Shown in pieces: positions 1-11,807 of a stretch of DNA of 64,000 nt. The stretch is from Octopus bimaculoides (Eukaryota). Position numbers and translations under genes: made by a program. Under the pieces are notes generated by a model. It did not search any database. It worked only from the letters and a program-made list of their open reading frames with translations, and was not told where the DNA came from. Each line of letters starts with the position of its first letter. Positions within the stretch are counted from its first letter, which is position 1. The stretch is taken from positions 54,320,257 to 54,384,256 of the forward strand of contig NC_068988.1 in assembly GCF_001194135.2 (NCBI RefSeq). The letters are read 5' to 3'.

Positions 1-14
1 ATTTAGTTTATTTT

Positions 15-380
15 TGTCTTTTACTTGTTTTATTCATTGGGCTTTTGTCATTCTGGAGCATGCCTTGAAGGTTTTTAGTCAATGAAATCACCCCTGTTCT
101 GACAAATTTTCTTAAGTCTGGAACTTCTTTTATTGGTCTTTTATGCTGAAACACTTAGACATGGAGGATATAAACAAACCAACACTGTTCATCAAGTGAT
201 GGTGGTGGATAAACACAAAAACAGACACATGCATTCATATGCGTACAAGTGGCTCCTGCACAGTTTCTACCTATAAGGTATTAATTGGTCTAGGGTTTCA
301 TTAGAAGTCACTTGCCCAAAGTATCACAAAGGCCACACAGTTGCAAAGCAAGCTTCTTAATCACATGGTCGTGCCATTCC
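15..380 (-). mobile_element. Degraded SINE family A copy
   Basis: Reverse complement matches the A copy at 5596-6075 (tail cttttacttgttt, head cacttgcccaaag...gcaagcttcttaatcac). Confidence 0.6.
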
Positions 381-710
381 TTATATTTATACATTTATTT
401 ATTTTCTGAAACTTTTGGTGTTAGATTTGGCTTGTCACCCACTTTTAGACTAGAACTCGGCCCTTAAGTGGGTATATATATATTCCTTTTTTTACAGATA
501 TATTTATATATACATACATATATATNNNNNNNNNNNNNNNNNNNNNNNNNNNNNNNNNNNNNNNNNNNNNNNNNNNNNNNNNNNNNNNNNNNNNNNNNNN
601 NNNNNNNNNNNNNNNNNNNNNNNNNNNNNNNNNNNNNNNNNNNNNNNNNNNNNNNNNNNNNNNNNNNNNNNNNNNNNNNNNNNNNNNNNNNNNNNNNNNN
701 ATATATATAA

Positions 711-1045
711 GATCACGGTTTCGATTCCCAGACCAGGTGTTGTTAGTGTTTATCGAGCGAAAAACACCTAAAGCTCCACGAGGCTCCAGCAGGGGATGGT
801 GGCAAACCCTAATGTACTCTTTCACCACAACTTACTCTCACTCTTACTTCCTGTTTCTGTTGTGCCTGTAATTCAAATGGTCAGCCTTGTCACACTGTGT
901 CACGCTGAATATCCCCAAGAACTACGTTAAGGGTACACGTGTCTGTGGAGTGCTCAGCCACTCGCACGTTAATTTCACGAGCAGACTGTTCCGTTGATCG
1001 GATCAACTGGGACCCTCGATGTCGTAAGCGACGGAGTGCCAACAA
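711..1045 (+). mobile_element. SINE family C, 5' head lost in the adjacent gap
   Basis: Near-collinear with 3067-3450 (gagcgaaaacacctaaagctcca...gtcgtaagcgacggagtgccaacaa). Confidence 0.85.
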
Positions 1046-2078
1046 TATACATAAACACTTACAAATATATATTCATTACATATGCACACGTGTGTGTGAG
1101 TGTGTGTCTGTGTGTGTGTGTGTGCATAGATTGCTAAGCAAACATTTAGTGAAATGCATAGGCTGCAATCTTTTATTAGATATTTGGTAATGGATGGGTT
1201 AAAGAGAGCACCTAAAACAGATTAACTGACTGTGATGGGTTAGTCATGTGATGTGAAATGATAAGGAATATGGGATGAAAAAGTAATGGGGTGGGTGCTG
1301 TCAGGGATTGGTGTCTATGAAGAGAATAAATAAAGAACATGTAGGAAGATTTAGTGAAGTCACATCTCAGGATGTTAGGTCTTAAGAGAAGAACTGATGA
1401 CATATATAAATACACATACACATACATGTACACATGTATGAGTGTGTCATATACATATTGAGCCTTTAGTCACATTTCCATAACGAAATTTACACACACA
1501 TAGACACTCACACACACATACACACAAATACTTGTATATACATAAGTTCACTGCTCCTTCATTTCAACCAAATAATTGGTCTTAAGGTTGCACAATTCTT
1601 TATCACAATAGTTACAGATTCTTCCAGTCACAGACAGACGCACCAAACTGTCATCAGTTCATCTAAACTTTTGCCCTGTTTGGAACATCTGTTAAGAATT
1701 AATAAGTTAATTTCTTGAAAAGGAAGTAGGAATAGCATTCTTGGATATAATTGTAATTAACGATGGAACATAATGAAATATAGCAGTAGGGGGTATGCGC
1801 CACTGGCAGTGTGTCTGTGAGTGAGAGCATGCACGATGTGTGTGACTGTGCATGTTAGGCTGAGAATGTGTGTGTGTATCTGTATGTATGTGTGTTGGAG
1901 TGTATGTATGTATACATGTATATGAATATGCCTATATATATATATCTCTCTCTATATATATATATATACATATATGATGCATATGTGTATGTGTATATAC
2001 ACACATATATATGTAATATATATACATATACATATGCATACATGCACACACACACACACACACAGGTGTGTATGTGTG

Positions 2079-2111
<33 letters not shown>

Positions 2112-2391
2112 NNNNNNNNNNNNNNNNNNNNNNNNNNNNNNNNNNNNNNNNNNNNNNNNNNNNNNNNNNNNNNNNNNNNNNNNNNNNNNNNNNNNNNNNN
2201 NNNNNNNNNNNNNNNNNNNNNNNNNNNNNNNNNNNNNNNNNNNNNNNNNNNNNNNNNNNNNNNNNNNNNNNNNNNNNNNNNNNNNNNNNNNNNNNNNNNN
2301 NNNNNNNNNNNNNNNNNNNNNNNNNNNNNNNNNNNNNNNNNNNNNNNNNNNNNNNNNNNNNNNNNNNNNNNNNNNNNNNNNNNNNNNNNNN

Positions 2392-2642
2392 ATTAAAACA
2401 ATATCAACACTGGTTGTCAATAGGTGGTGCTGATGGAACAAATATAAACACAGTGACACACACACACACACACACACACGTGATGGGCTTCCACATAGCT
2501 TCTGTCATGCAAATTCACTCACAAGGCATTGGTCAGCCCAGGACTATAGTAGAGGAGACATGCCCAAGGAGCCATACAGTGGGACTAAACCTAAAAAAAT
2601 GTAGTTGCATTCCAAGCTTCTTGACCACACAGCCATGCCTGT
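2392..2642 (-). mobile_element. SINE family A, 5' half
   Basis: Reverse complement of the A head and CA-repeat linker (aacactggttgtcaa...aagcttcttgaccacacagccatgcctg). Confidence 0.7.
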
Positions 2643-2689
2643 GTCTGTTATTTTTCTTCAGTTATAATCATTTCTGTTGGACTAGAACA

Positions 2690-2850
2690 GCTGTGTAAAG
2701 AAGTGCCAATCTCTAACTGTGGAGGGAACCTGTGGTAGAAGACCCAGAAAGACATGGGATGAGGTGGTGAAGCATGGGCCGATGTGCTGTGCTTGAGAGA
2801 ACCTGTCAAGCCAAGTGCACCTGTGCTGGTGGCACAAAAAGAACATCTTT
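2690..2850 (+). mobile_element. RTE-clade LINE C-terminal fragment leading into its 3' UTR
   Basis: Translates CVKKCQSLTVEGTCGRRPRKTWDEVVKH (GRPRKTW-like RTE C-terminal motif), then an internal deletion, then gcacctgtgctggtggcac, which is the module seen in the E tails. Confidence 0.75.
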
Positions 2851-3066
2851 TGAACGTATACATGAATGTATGAGTGTATAATAAGGAATGAGGTAATGTG
2901 CAAGTGTATATGAGGTGTATAAGTGATGTTTAGTGAGATATACATGTGTAGTAGTGAAAGTATAGTGTATATATTTATGTGATGGTTGTATGAAGTGCGT
3001 GTATACGTATTTGCTTATATGTATGAGTAAATGTATGCTTATGTGTATGTATACATATGTGAGTGT

Positions 3067-3450
3067 GGAGGCGCAATGGCCCAGTTGTTAGGGCAGCGGG
3101 CTTGCGGTCATAGGATCGCGGTTTCAACTCTCATACCGGGCGTTGTGAGTGTTTATTGAGCGAAAACACCTAAAAGTTCCATGAGGCTCCGACAGGGGAT
3201 GGTGGCGAACCCTGCTGTTCTCTTTCACCACAACTTTCTCCCACACTTACTTCCTGTTTCTGTTGTGCCTGTAATTCAAAGGGTCAGCCTTGTCACACTG
3301 TGTCACGCTGAATTTCCCCGAGAACTACGTTAAGGGTACACGTGTCTGTGGAGTGCTCAGCCACTTGCACATTAATTTCACAAGCAGGCTGTTCTGTTGA
3401 TTGGAGCAACTGGAACCCTCGACATCGTAAGCGACGGAGTGCCAACAACA
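3067..3450 (+). mobile_element. Full-length tRNA-headed SINE, family C
   Basis: Starts ggaggcgcaatggcccagttgttagggc (A-box-like), has a B-box-like ggtttcaactc, the body is shared with 711-1045, and it ends in a short caa repeat. Confidence 0.85.
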
Positions 3451-3689
3451 GCATATGTGAGTGTGTAGTGAGATTCTGATGAGCATGGGTACATGTGTGT
3501 TTACAGAGATGCAAGTCCATGCACGTGAAAGCAAACAGTATAGAGAATCCATACATGTGATGTTCTATTCAAATGTGCTTGTGTCCTTGTGTGTATGTGT
3601 AAGTAAACATTCATCTTTGTTTGTGTGCATGTCTGAGAGTGTGTGCGATGTGAGTGCATGTCTGTACATGCTTGCATTTTGCTGTGTAT

Positions 3690-3975
3690 GAGAAGACATG
3701 TCAACCCAAGTGAAATCATAGTCATGGCCAGTACTGGTGACACATAAAAGGCACTTGTGCCAGTGACACATAAAGGTACCCCTGCTGGTGCCATGTACAT
3801 TGCACCCATGCTGGTGACACATAAAAAGGCACCCACTACACTCTTGGAGTGGTTGGCATTAAGAAGAGCATCCAACCATAGAAACCATACCAAATCAGAC
3901 TGGAGCTTAGTATAACCATCTAACCCATGCTAGCATGAAAAACAGACAGTAAATGATGATGACAATGATGATGAT
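3690..3975 (+). mobile_element. Family E: 5'-truncated RTE 3'-UTR/tail copy with repeated gtgccggtggcac-like modules
   Basis: ggcacccactacactcttggagtggttggcattaagaagagcatcca...cccatgctagcatg...gatgatgat. The same tail recurs at least ten times in the window. Confidence 0.75.
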
Positions 3976-4454
3976 GTGTACATATCCGTATCTACATGTA
4001 TCTGTGCATTCTCCTTTCTATGTGTGCATGTACACATGTTGGTTTTTATGCATGTTTTCATGTTAGAGACGCTCAGGGTGGATGAAAGTAAATGTGTTAA
4101 TGTGGAATGTGTGTGAATGTACGCATGTAAGAGTATGCATGTCTGTGTGAGTACATACATGTGTAACTGAGTGTTCTCAAATGGGTAGTTGTTGTGTATG
4201 TACACACACACATATATATATATATATATAATCGTTTATATATGTACATATATGTGAAAGCATGTGCGTGCATGTTAACATTATCAGATCTATACTACTG
4301 CAGATATCAGTAATCATGTGAACATATGATTGGATAGATTCCATAAGATAACGGTAGACTCTACAGGAGAATCAATAGACATCACCCACCCCCGCATCTC
4401 ATCTCCTTCCTTTCTCTCATATCATACTCTTAAATAATACCTTCTGGATACCAC

Positions 4455-4830
4455 TTTCTTCTTCTTCTTCTTTTTCTTCTTCTTCTTCTTCTTCTTCTTC
4501 TTCTTCTTCTTCTTCTTCTTCCTTTTCTTCTTTTTCTCCTCCTCCTTCTCCTCCTCCTCCTTCTTCTTTTTCTTTTTCTCCTCCTCCTCCTTCTTTTTCT
4601 TTTCCTCCTCCTCCTTCTTCTTCTTCTTCTTCTTCTCCTCCTCCTCCTCCGCCTCCTCCGTCTTCTTCTTCTTCTTCTTCTTCTTCTTCTTCTTCTTCTT
4701 CTTCTTCTTCTTCTTCTTCTTCTTCTTCCTCCGCCTCCTCCGTCTTCTTCTTCTTCTTCTTCTTCTTCTTCTTCTTCTTCTTCTTCTTCTTCTTCTTCTC
4801 CTTCTTCTTCCTCCAACTCCTCCTCCTCCT
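4455..4830. repeat. (CTT)n/(CCT)n compound microsatellite
   Basis: Directly visible. Confidence 0.95.
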
Positions 4831-5330
4831 CTCACTACCAACACCACAACCACCATCATCGCAAACAGTTTTATGTGAGTCTCTCCATTCTTCACCAGGT
4901 CACCAAGTGCTCCACCACGTTCCTCACTTGTGTGCAAATTCGTCTTCTGGGGATGTAGAACAACTGTATCTTATATGCTACGTCAGTTTGGCTTTTGCTG
5001 TTGTAGGAGTTGGCTTGTTGTTTCATCTCTTTGTAGTATACAATAAGTGCAATGTGGGTAGCATTGTTTTCTTAGGAGATGTTTGTTTAGAGTACGGGTT
5101 TTGTGGATTTGGTGTTATAAGATTTACTATTGGACTGTGACTGTACAGAGTATTTTCTGTGTAGATTGTGTTTAATGGATGGCAAATGTGCAGATTCTGA
5201 GATGTTGGTGTTTTAAGTGTTGGGTATCGATTATTTAACAGAGTGGCTTCTATTATTTTATTAGTGTGTTGTGGATTGTGCATGATATGTATGTTTTATG
5301 TGAGCGGTGTTGTATTATTACAGGGTTGAA

Positions 5331-5556
5331 GGTGGTGAGCAAGTAGAATCATTAACCTTCTAGACAGAATGTTGTTAAGCATTTTATCTGTGTCTATGTT
5401 CCTGAGTTCAAATTCCGCTGAGGTCAGCTTTGCTTTTCGTTCTTTCAGGGTTGAATGAAATAGTACCAGTCAAGAATAGGGTGGCGATTGATGTAATTGA
5501 CTAACCCCCTCCTATTGAAATTTCAGGCATTGCGCCTATAATAGAAGCGATATTAT
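5331..5556 (+). mobile_element. tRNA-headed SINE family B
   Basis: gagttcaaattccgctgaggtcagctttgcttttcgttctttcagggttgaat; matches 57536-57750. Confidence 0.75.
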
Positions 5557-5595
5557 TCAGTGGTTATTATATTGGGTAAGTGTTGTGAAGAAAGA

Positions 5596-5819
5596 GCAGG
5601 AGTGGCCATGTGGTAAGTAGCTTGCTTACCAACCACATGGTTCCGGGTTCAGTCCCACTGCGTGGCACCTTGGGCAAGTGTCTTCTACTATAGCCTCGGT
5701 CCAACCAAAGCCTTGTGAGTGGATTTGGTAGACGGAAACTAAAAGAAGCCTGTCATANNNNNNNNNNCTTGTGAGTGGATTTGGTAGACGGAAACTAAAA
5801 GAAGCCTGTCATATATATG

Positions 5820-5852
<33 letters not shown>

Positions 5853-6075
5853 GTATATGTTTGTGTGTCTGTGTTTGTCCCTCCAACATCACTTGACAAC
5901 TGATGCTGGTGTGTTTACGTCCCCCGTAATTTAGCAGTTTGGCAAAAAGAGAACAATAGAATAAGAACTAGGCTTACAAAGAATAAGTCCTGGGGTTGAT
6001 TTGCTCAACTAAAAGCAGTGCTCCAGCATGGCCGCAGTCAAATGACTGAAACAAGTAAAGAAAGAAAAGAAAGAA
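5596..6075 (+). mobile_element. Full-length tRNA-headed SINE family A (interrupted by a 10-N gap)
   Basis: A-box-like tggccatgtggt, B-box-like ggttcagtccc, MIR/CORE-like ggcaccttgggcaagtgtc, a (TA)/(TG) linker, and the tail ctccagcatggccgcagtcaaatgactgaaacaagtaaag. Confidence 0.85.
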
Positions 6076-6495
6076 AATATCTTTGGGATTGTGCTACTGA
6101 GCTGAAGGTGTCTTGTATAAGATAAGAGTTGTACCTAGCAGAGCTATTTTTTGGTTTATGTATAAAGCTATGGACCCTGATATGGTTTGCATGGTTTTGC
6201 TTCTTTTTACCATATCTATTGTTCTAATTATTATTGGTGTTGTTTTAACTTTCCTGTTTCACAACCTGCATATTTCATTTTCAGTGCATGGAACTTTGAC
6301 AGCAATTTCTTAGTAGTGTAGCCAGAGTGTAAGCCAGGGCAGCCCTTATTTTCAGCATTTTTCTAGTCCTACTGTTGTTATTTTATAGTACTTTTCTATT
6401 TGTATCAACCTGTATCCAGTAGGATAAGAATATTTCCACAGTAAATCAGCTTTGGAGAGATGACTCTTGAATGCTGTTGGTAATTTCCTGATTAA

Positions 6496-6710
6496 CCCTT
6501 TTCTTATCGAATTTATTTTGAAATGCTCTGTGTTTCTTTCAATTAATTTTAAATATAACAAAGAATTTAGTAAAATAACTTAGTTGTCATTAAGCTGGAA
6601 CATGAATTGTGACTAAGGTTTGGTGGAAGATTTTAATTCAAAACTTATGAAAACAAGACATATGTACTACAGAACCAGAGGTGGTTTCAGCAGGGTTGTT
6701 ATTGAAAGGG
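6496..6710. mobile_element. piggyBac-type MITE (215 bp)
   Basis: TTAA on both sides (6492-6495, 6711-6714), CCCTTT...AAAGGG termini, second copy at 36249-36458. Confidence 0.85.
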
Positions 6711-7297
6711 TTAAGCTCTTCAGTTTACTTAACTTCTAACCTAATATGATGAAGCCATAATTTGTAACTTAGATATAGCGAGTGTATGTATACCTGTTAC
6801 CTCATTTCTAGCATTGGATTCAGTTTTTAATATTAGTTGAAATCTTCTGTAGCACTCTTTTCTTTTTTCTCCATAATTTTCTATGTATCGTAACCATATC
6901 AATTTCATTTACCTCTTATTATTTGTATGGATCAATTTGGTTAATTTTCTGATTTCAGTGTCTGTATATCTAATTAAATGTTCTCAGTTTTAGTTATGTC
7001 ATATTCACTTCTATGTCTTGGCTGAATTTATGAATCAGTCTCATCATCACCATAATCATACCATCAGCATTATCATGATTGCATGACACTCTAGTTATAT
7101 CACTTACAAACAGAATGATAGACTCATTCCTTAATTGCTACAATGCTTTGAAGTCCACCACTAAGCTAGTGTAACTCCTTAGCCTTACTGGTGACTTCTG
7201 CACAACATTATAGCCATTTGGCATTAGTATGTCAATAATTAGTGGGCTGTTGCCATTTTCATAATGGAAAATTATGTCAGATCTATTATGTGTTAAT

Positions 7298-7905
7298 CAT
7301 TATTATTGAACTAGCAGAATCATTAATGCATTGGACAACATACTTCCTGGAACTTCTTTCAGCCCTTTATATTCTGAGGTCAGCTTTGCCTTTTATCCTT
7401 CCAGGCTCAATAAAATAAATTACCAGTCAAGTACTGGGGTAGGTCATCCAAATCCTACCCATCAAAATTATTGGTCTTGTTCCTAAATTAGAAACAACTT
7501 AAGACAACAAGTCAGCAAGATCATTAGAATATTGGGAAAATTGCCTTGTGGTAGTTGTTCTGGTTCTTTACATTCTGAGTTCAAATCTTGCTGAGGTTTT
7601 GCCTTTCATCCTTCTGGGGCCAATAAAATAAAATACCAATAATCAACTGACCCCCATCTCTTCAAAGGTAATGGCCTTGTGCTTAAATTCAAAACAAGGG
7701 TTGTAAATTAGCTGAATTGTTATTGTATCATCAGAAAATTTTTGCAACAATTATTCTGACTCTGTGCATTCTGGATTCAAATCACACTAAAGGCAATCTT
7801 TCATTGCTCCATGGTCAATAAAATAAAATACCCATCAAATACTGAGGTTGATATAATTGATTAATCTCCTTCCCCAACATTTTTCTACTTGTGCCTATAT
7901 TTGAG
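7298..7905 (+). mobile_element. Three consecutive same-orientation SINE B copies
   Basis: The core ttgcctttcatcctt...gtcaataaaataa(a/g)taccag recurs at about 7385, 7600 and 7800. Confidence 0.7.
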
Positions 7906-8649
7906 GTAATTATTATGATATAGTCTACCTCATTATCATCATATTTATTTAGCATAAATGCAAAACAACACCATAGAGGAATCGACATAAGGTTAAATAA
8001 TAAATGGTGATAAGTAAACCACAATAGGAGAACCACGAGAAAATAGTGAGAAAATGAGTTCAGAAAGTCATGTAAGCCACAGGATCACAAGGCATCACAA
8101 ACTAAGACAGCAAGTTAGCTATATGAGGGCCAGTGCTATTGATCATCAACTCCACTCCATCATGATCAGCAGTATCAACTACCTGGCAAAAGATTGGATA
8201 GTCATGTCCGGAAAGCCTTTGGTCATACATCAATTCATTCAGGATCATTCAAGAACTTAGCAGCAGGAATTACATGGATAAGTAGAGAGATCCAAGTATG
8301 TTCATATGGCCTTAGTCTGTTGTCCAAGAATACCTCATAGTGTTAACGTGTAAGTTATATAAAACCCGGTCAGGCAGTATTTTCTCAATGAAAATCTTCT
8401 GTGCTGTGCTGTCAGTAAAACAGGGCCATGCGGTGGGAGGAGAGACAGTCACAGATTAAATTGCGCAGATCAGATTCTGTGAAGAAAGGTCAAAGTTGGA
8501 GTGAGATAAGACTGTAAATGAATCGGAAAAATTAATAAGATATTATTGTTTAGGTGACTCTTCCTGCTCAGGTTCCGATTGGAAAATGAATAGATGTTGA
8601 ACCACATTGATGATAAAGTAACAACAACAATGATAATGGGGGGGGGGAG

Positions 8650-9612
8650 AAGATGAAGAGGAGGAGGAGGAGGAGGAGGAAGGGGAGGAGGAAGAGGAGG
8701 AGGAAGCGGAGGAAGAGGAAGAAGAAGAAGAAGAGGAAGAAGAAGAGGAAGAAGAAGAGGAAGAAGGGAGGAGGAAGGGGAAGAGGAGGAGNNNNNNNNN
8801 NNNNNNNNNNNNNNNNNNNNNNNNNNNNNNNNNNNNNNNNNNNNNNNNNNNNNNNNNNNNNNNNNNNNNNNNNNNNNNNNNNNNNNNNNNNNNNNNNNNN
8901 NNNNNNNNNNNNNNNNNNNNNNNNNNNNNNNNNNNNNNNNNNNNNNNNNNNNNNNNNNNNNNNNNNNNNNNNNNNNNNNNNNNNNNNNNNNNNNNNNNNN
9001 NNNNNNNNNNNNNNNNNNNNNNNNNNNNNNNNNNNNNNNNNNNNNNNNNNNNNNNNNNNNNNNNNNNNNNNNNNNNNNNNNNNNNNNNNNNNNNNNNNNN
9101 NNNNNNNNNNNNNNNNNNNNNNNNNNNNNNNNNNNNNNNNNNNNNNNNNNNNNNNNNNNNNNNNNNNNNNNNNNNNNNNNNNNNNNNNNNNNNNNNNNNN
9201 NNNNNNNNNNNNNNNNNNNNNNNNNNNNNNNNNNNNNNNNNNNNNNNNNNNNNNNNNNNNNNNNNNNNNNNNNNNNNNNNNNNNNNNNNNNNNNNNNNNN
9301 NNNNNNNNNNNNNNNNNNNNNNNNNNNNNNNNNNNNNNNNNNNNNNNNNNNNNNNNNNNNNNNNNNNNNNNNNNNNNNNNNNNNNNNNNNNNNNNNNNNN
9401 NNNNNNNNNNNNNNNNNNNNNNNNNNNNNNNNNNNNNNNNGAGGAGCAAGTGGAGGAGGAGGAAGAGGAGGGGGAGGAAGAGGAGGGGAGGAAGAGGAGG
9501 AGCAAGTGGAGGAGGAGGAAGAGGAGGGGGAGGAAGAGGAGGGGAGGAAGAGGAGGGGGAGGAAGAGGAGGGGAGGAAGAGGAGGAGGAGGAGGAGGAGG
9601 AGGAAGAGGAGG
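8650..9612. repeat. (GAG/GAA)n purine tract spanning gap 8792-9440
   Basis: Directly visible; includes a locally duplicated gaggagcaagtggaggaggaggaag unit at about 9441 and 9497. Confidence 0.9.
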
Positions 9613-10349
9613 ATCTTGTCAGTGATGGTCAAGGACAGCGTCATTATTGTACTATAGGTGAGCATGATCATGACAATTATTTTGATCAATATAATCATGA
9701 TATTGACAATGATATTAACGATGATAACAGTGATGATAATGATGGCAGTAGGGGAAGCTATGCTGGTGATGACAACAACAACGACAACAACGATGTCGAC
9801 AACGATGATGATGATGATATTGAAAAGTAGAATTCATTAACTGTTCTAAGAGTTTCTACCCTTATAAAGTGGCAGCTGTTGAGTGAGGGCGCCATGCGAA
9901 AAAAACCTGCTAAAGCCAATTAAATATGTTAAAAATCACAAAAAAAGGTTACCCCACCCACAGCACAGAACTGACCTAGTTTTACACTCCTGGTGGGTAT
10001 GTTTTTGGACGGGTGCCAAATGAAGGCGGTGCAAAGTCAGCTACCCAACACTAACACAGAGGATGCTGACACAGAGCGTAGGGAGTGGGTGGTAGTGGCG
10101 GTAGTGGTTGTGGCAGTGGTGGTGGTAGAGGTGGCGGTGGTGGTGGTGGTGGTGACGATGATGACAATAACAATCATGATGATTTCCATGATGATGATGA
10201 TGATGCTGACGAGGATGATGATGACGAAAACGATGACAACAACGACGACGATGATACAGATGATGATGCAACTGACTGATCACCTATTAGATATCCTTGC
10301 TATCATTGCCATCATTCCCTCTTTTTTTTTTGTTATCTCAGAGATGTGA

Positions 10350-10750
10350 AGCCATTGTGGAGATGATACCATCAACTCCAGTACTTGATCGATACTTTAT
10401 TTCATCAACCCCAGAGGCATGAAAGACCAAAACTGACCTCAACAGGATTTGCACTCAAAACATAAGGAACCAGAATAACATATGACAAAACATTTATTCT
10501 GACTCTCTGACAATTCTGTCAGCTCACAATCTCAGAATAGTTTCTGATTTAAGCACAAGGCCAGCAGTTTTTTAGGGGTGGTACGTTAATCATTTCTGTC
10601 AACCACAAACAGGAACTTTATTTTATTGATCCTGAAAAAAAGGAAAAGCAAAGTTGATCACAACAGAATTTTAACTCAGAATTTAAAGAACCGGAATCAC
10701 AAGCCATTTTCCTCTAATTCTTGAACAATTCTGCCAGCTTGCCACCGGAT
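10350..10750 (-). mobile_element. Two consecutive SINE B copies, minus strand
   Basis: Reverse complement of the B core (gaaagaccaaaactgacctcaacaggatttgcactc; gaaaagcaaagttgatcacaacagaattttaactc). Confidence 0.65.
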
Positions 10751-10849
10751 GATGTAAACAATGATGACACTTATAATGATAATGATGATGATGATGATAA
10801 CGATGACAATAATGACAATGACGACGATGATGATTTCAAGCTTAGGTAC

Positions 10850-11077
10850 AAGATTATAATTTTGTAAGACCTCTGGAGATATGCTGTTACTGCGAAGACC
10901 CGACAAATAAAGTGAGTTCGCAGCGTACCCTACACCAGCTACACATAACCAGCCCCAGCCCATTCAAGTACCTTGGATTGTAGGGTGACCTGCTGTGCTT
11001 GAGGAGACCTTGAGTCAAGTACATCAACAAACCGTCAAACCCATACCAGCATAGAAAATTGACGTTAAATGATGATC

Positions 11078-11119
<42 letters not shown>

Positions 11120-11120
11120 G
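10850..11120 (+). mobile_element. RTE 3' end (last codons plus 3' UTR) ending in (GAT)n
   Basis: gctgttactgcgaagacccgacaaataaagtgag resembles the AVLEKTRQAK-type end at 2780-2815; the tail cccataccagcatagaaaattgacgttaaatgatgat matches family E. Confidence 0.55.
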
Positions 11121-11285
11121 GGGTAGAATACAATTGCTTAAATTGACCTAAATATTTTGCTGGTACTTGTTTTATCCACCCCAAGTAATGAAAGCAAGTT
11201 CAACTTTGGCAGGATTCAAATTCAAACTGTGAAAGAACATGTAACCAAATAGGGCAAGGCATTCTACTGTGACTGTCAATAAAAA

Positions 11286-11348
<63 letters not shown>

Positions 11349-11755
11349 CAATAATAGTAATAATAACTATTTCTAAATTTGGGTACAAGGCCTAAAATTT
11401 TGAGGGGAGGGTTTAATCAATTACTTCAACCCCCATTGCTCAACTGTTATTTATTTCATCTTTTCATCTGGAAGAAATGCAACAACATATTTTTTTCTGA
11501 CAATTTTGTCGGTTCACTCCCTAATAACAACAATAATAATAAACTTTTCTACTATAAGCACAAGACCTGAAATTTCAGAGCAGTGGGGTAGTCGATTATA
11601 TTGACCCCAGGATGCAACTGGTTCTTGTTTTATCGACTCCGAAAGGATAATGGGTAAAGTTTACCTTGGCAGAATTTGAATTCAGGACATAAAGACAGAC
11701 AAAATTCTTCTAAGCATTTTGTCTAGTGTGCTAATGATTCTGCCAGCTCACCACC
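11115..11755 (-). mobile_element. Further minus-strand SINE B copies (about 11115-11280 and 11545-11755, plus a fragment near 11370-11460) around an (AAT)n tract
   Basis: tttatcgactccgaaaggat...ccttggcagaatttgaattcagg...attctgccagctcaccacc is the reverse complement of B. Confidence 0.7.
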
Positions 11756-11767
11756 CTTATAATTATT

Positions 11768-11807
<40 letters not shown>

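Noticed and set aside
4422-4937. 171-aa and 128-aa poly-R/K/E ORFs
   Set aside because: They are read-throughs of the (CTT)n/(CCT)n microsatellite, which has no stop codons in these frames.
5712-5816. Direct repeat of about 46 bp inside SINE A
   Set aside because: The identical copies flank a 10-N gap, which is typical of an unmerged contig overlap (assembly artefact).
6285-6328. Plus-strand exon-like segment (ttttcAG ... GTAAGC)
   Set aside because: All three frames contain stops within 44 nt. It could only be a non-coding or poison exon, and nothing else supports it.
7140-7290. 48-codon minus-strand open stretch (SDIIFHYENGNSPLIIDILMPNGY...)
   Set aside because: The acceptor is weak, the length is within chance range, and I cannot support any protein family assignment.
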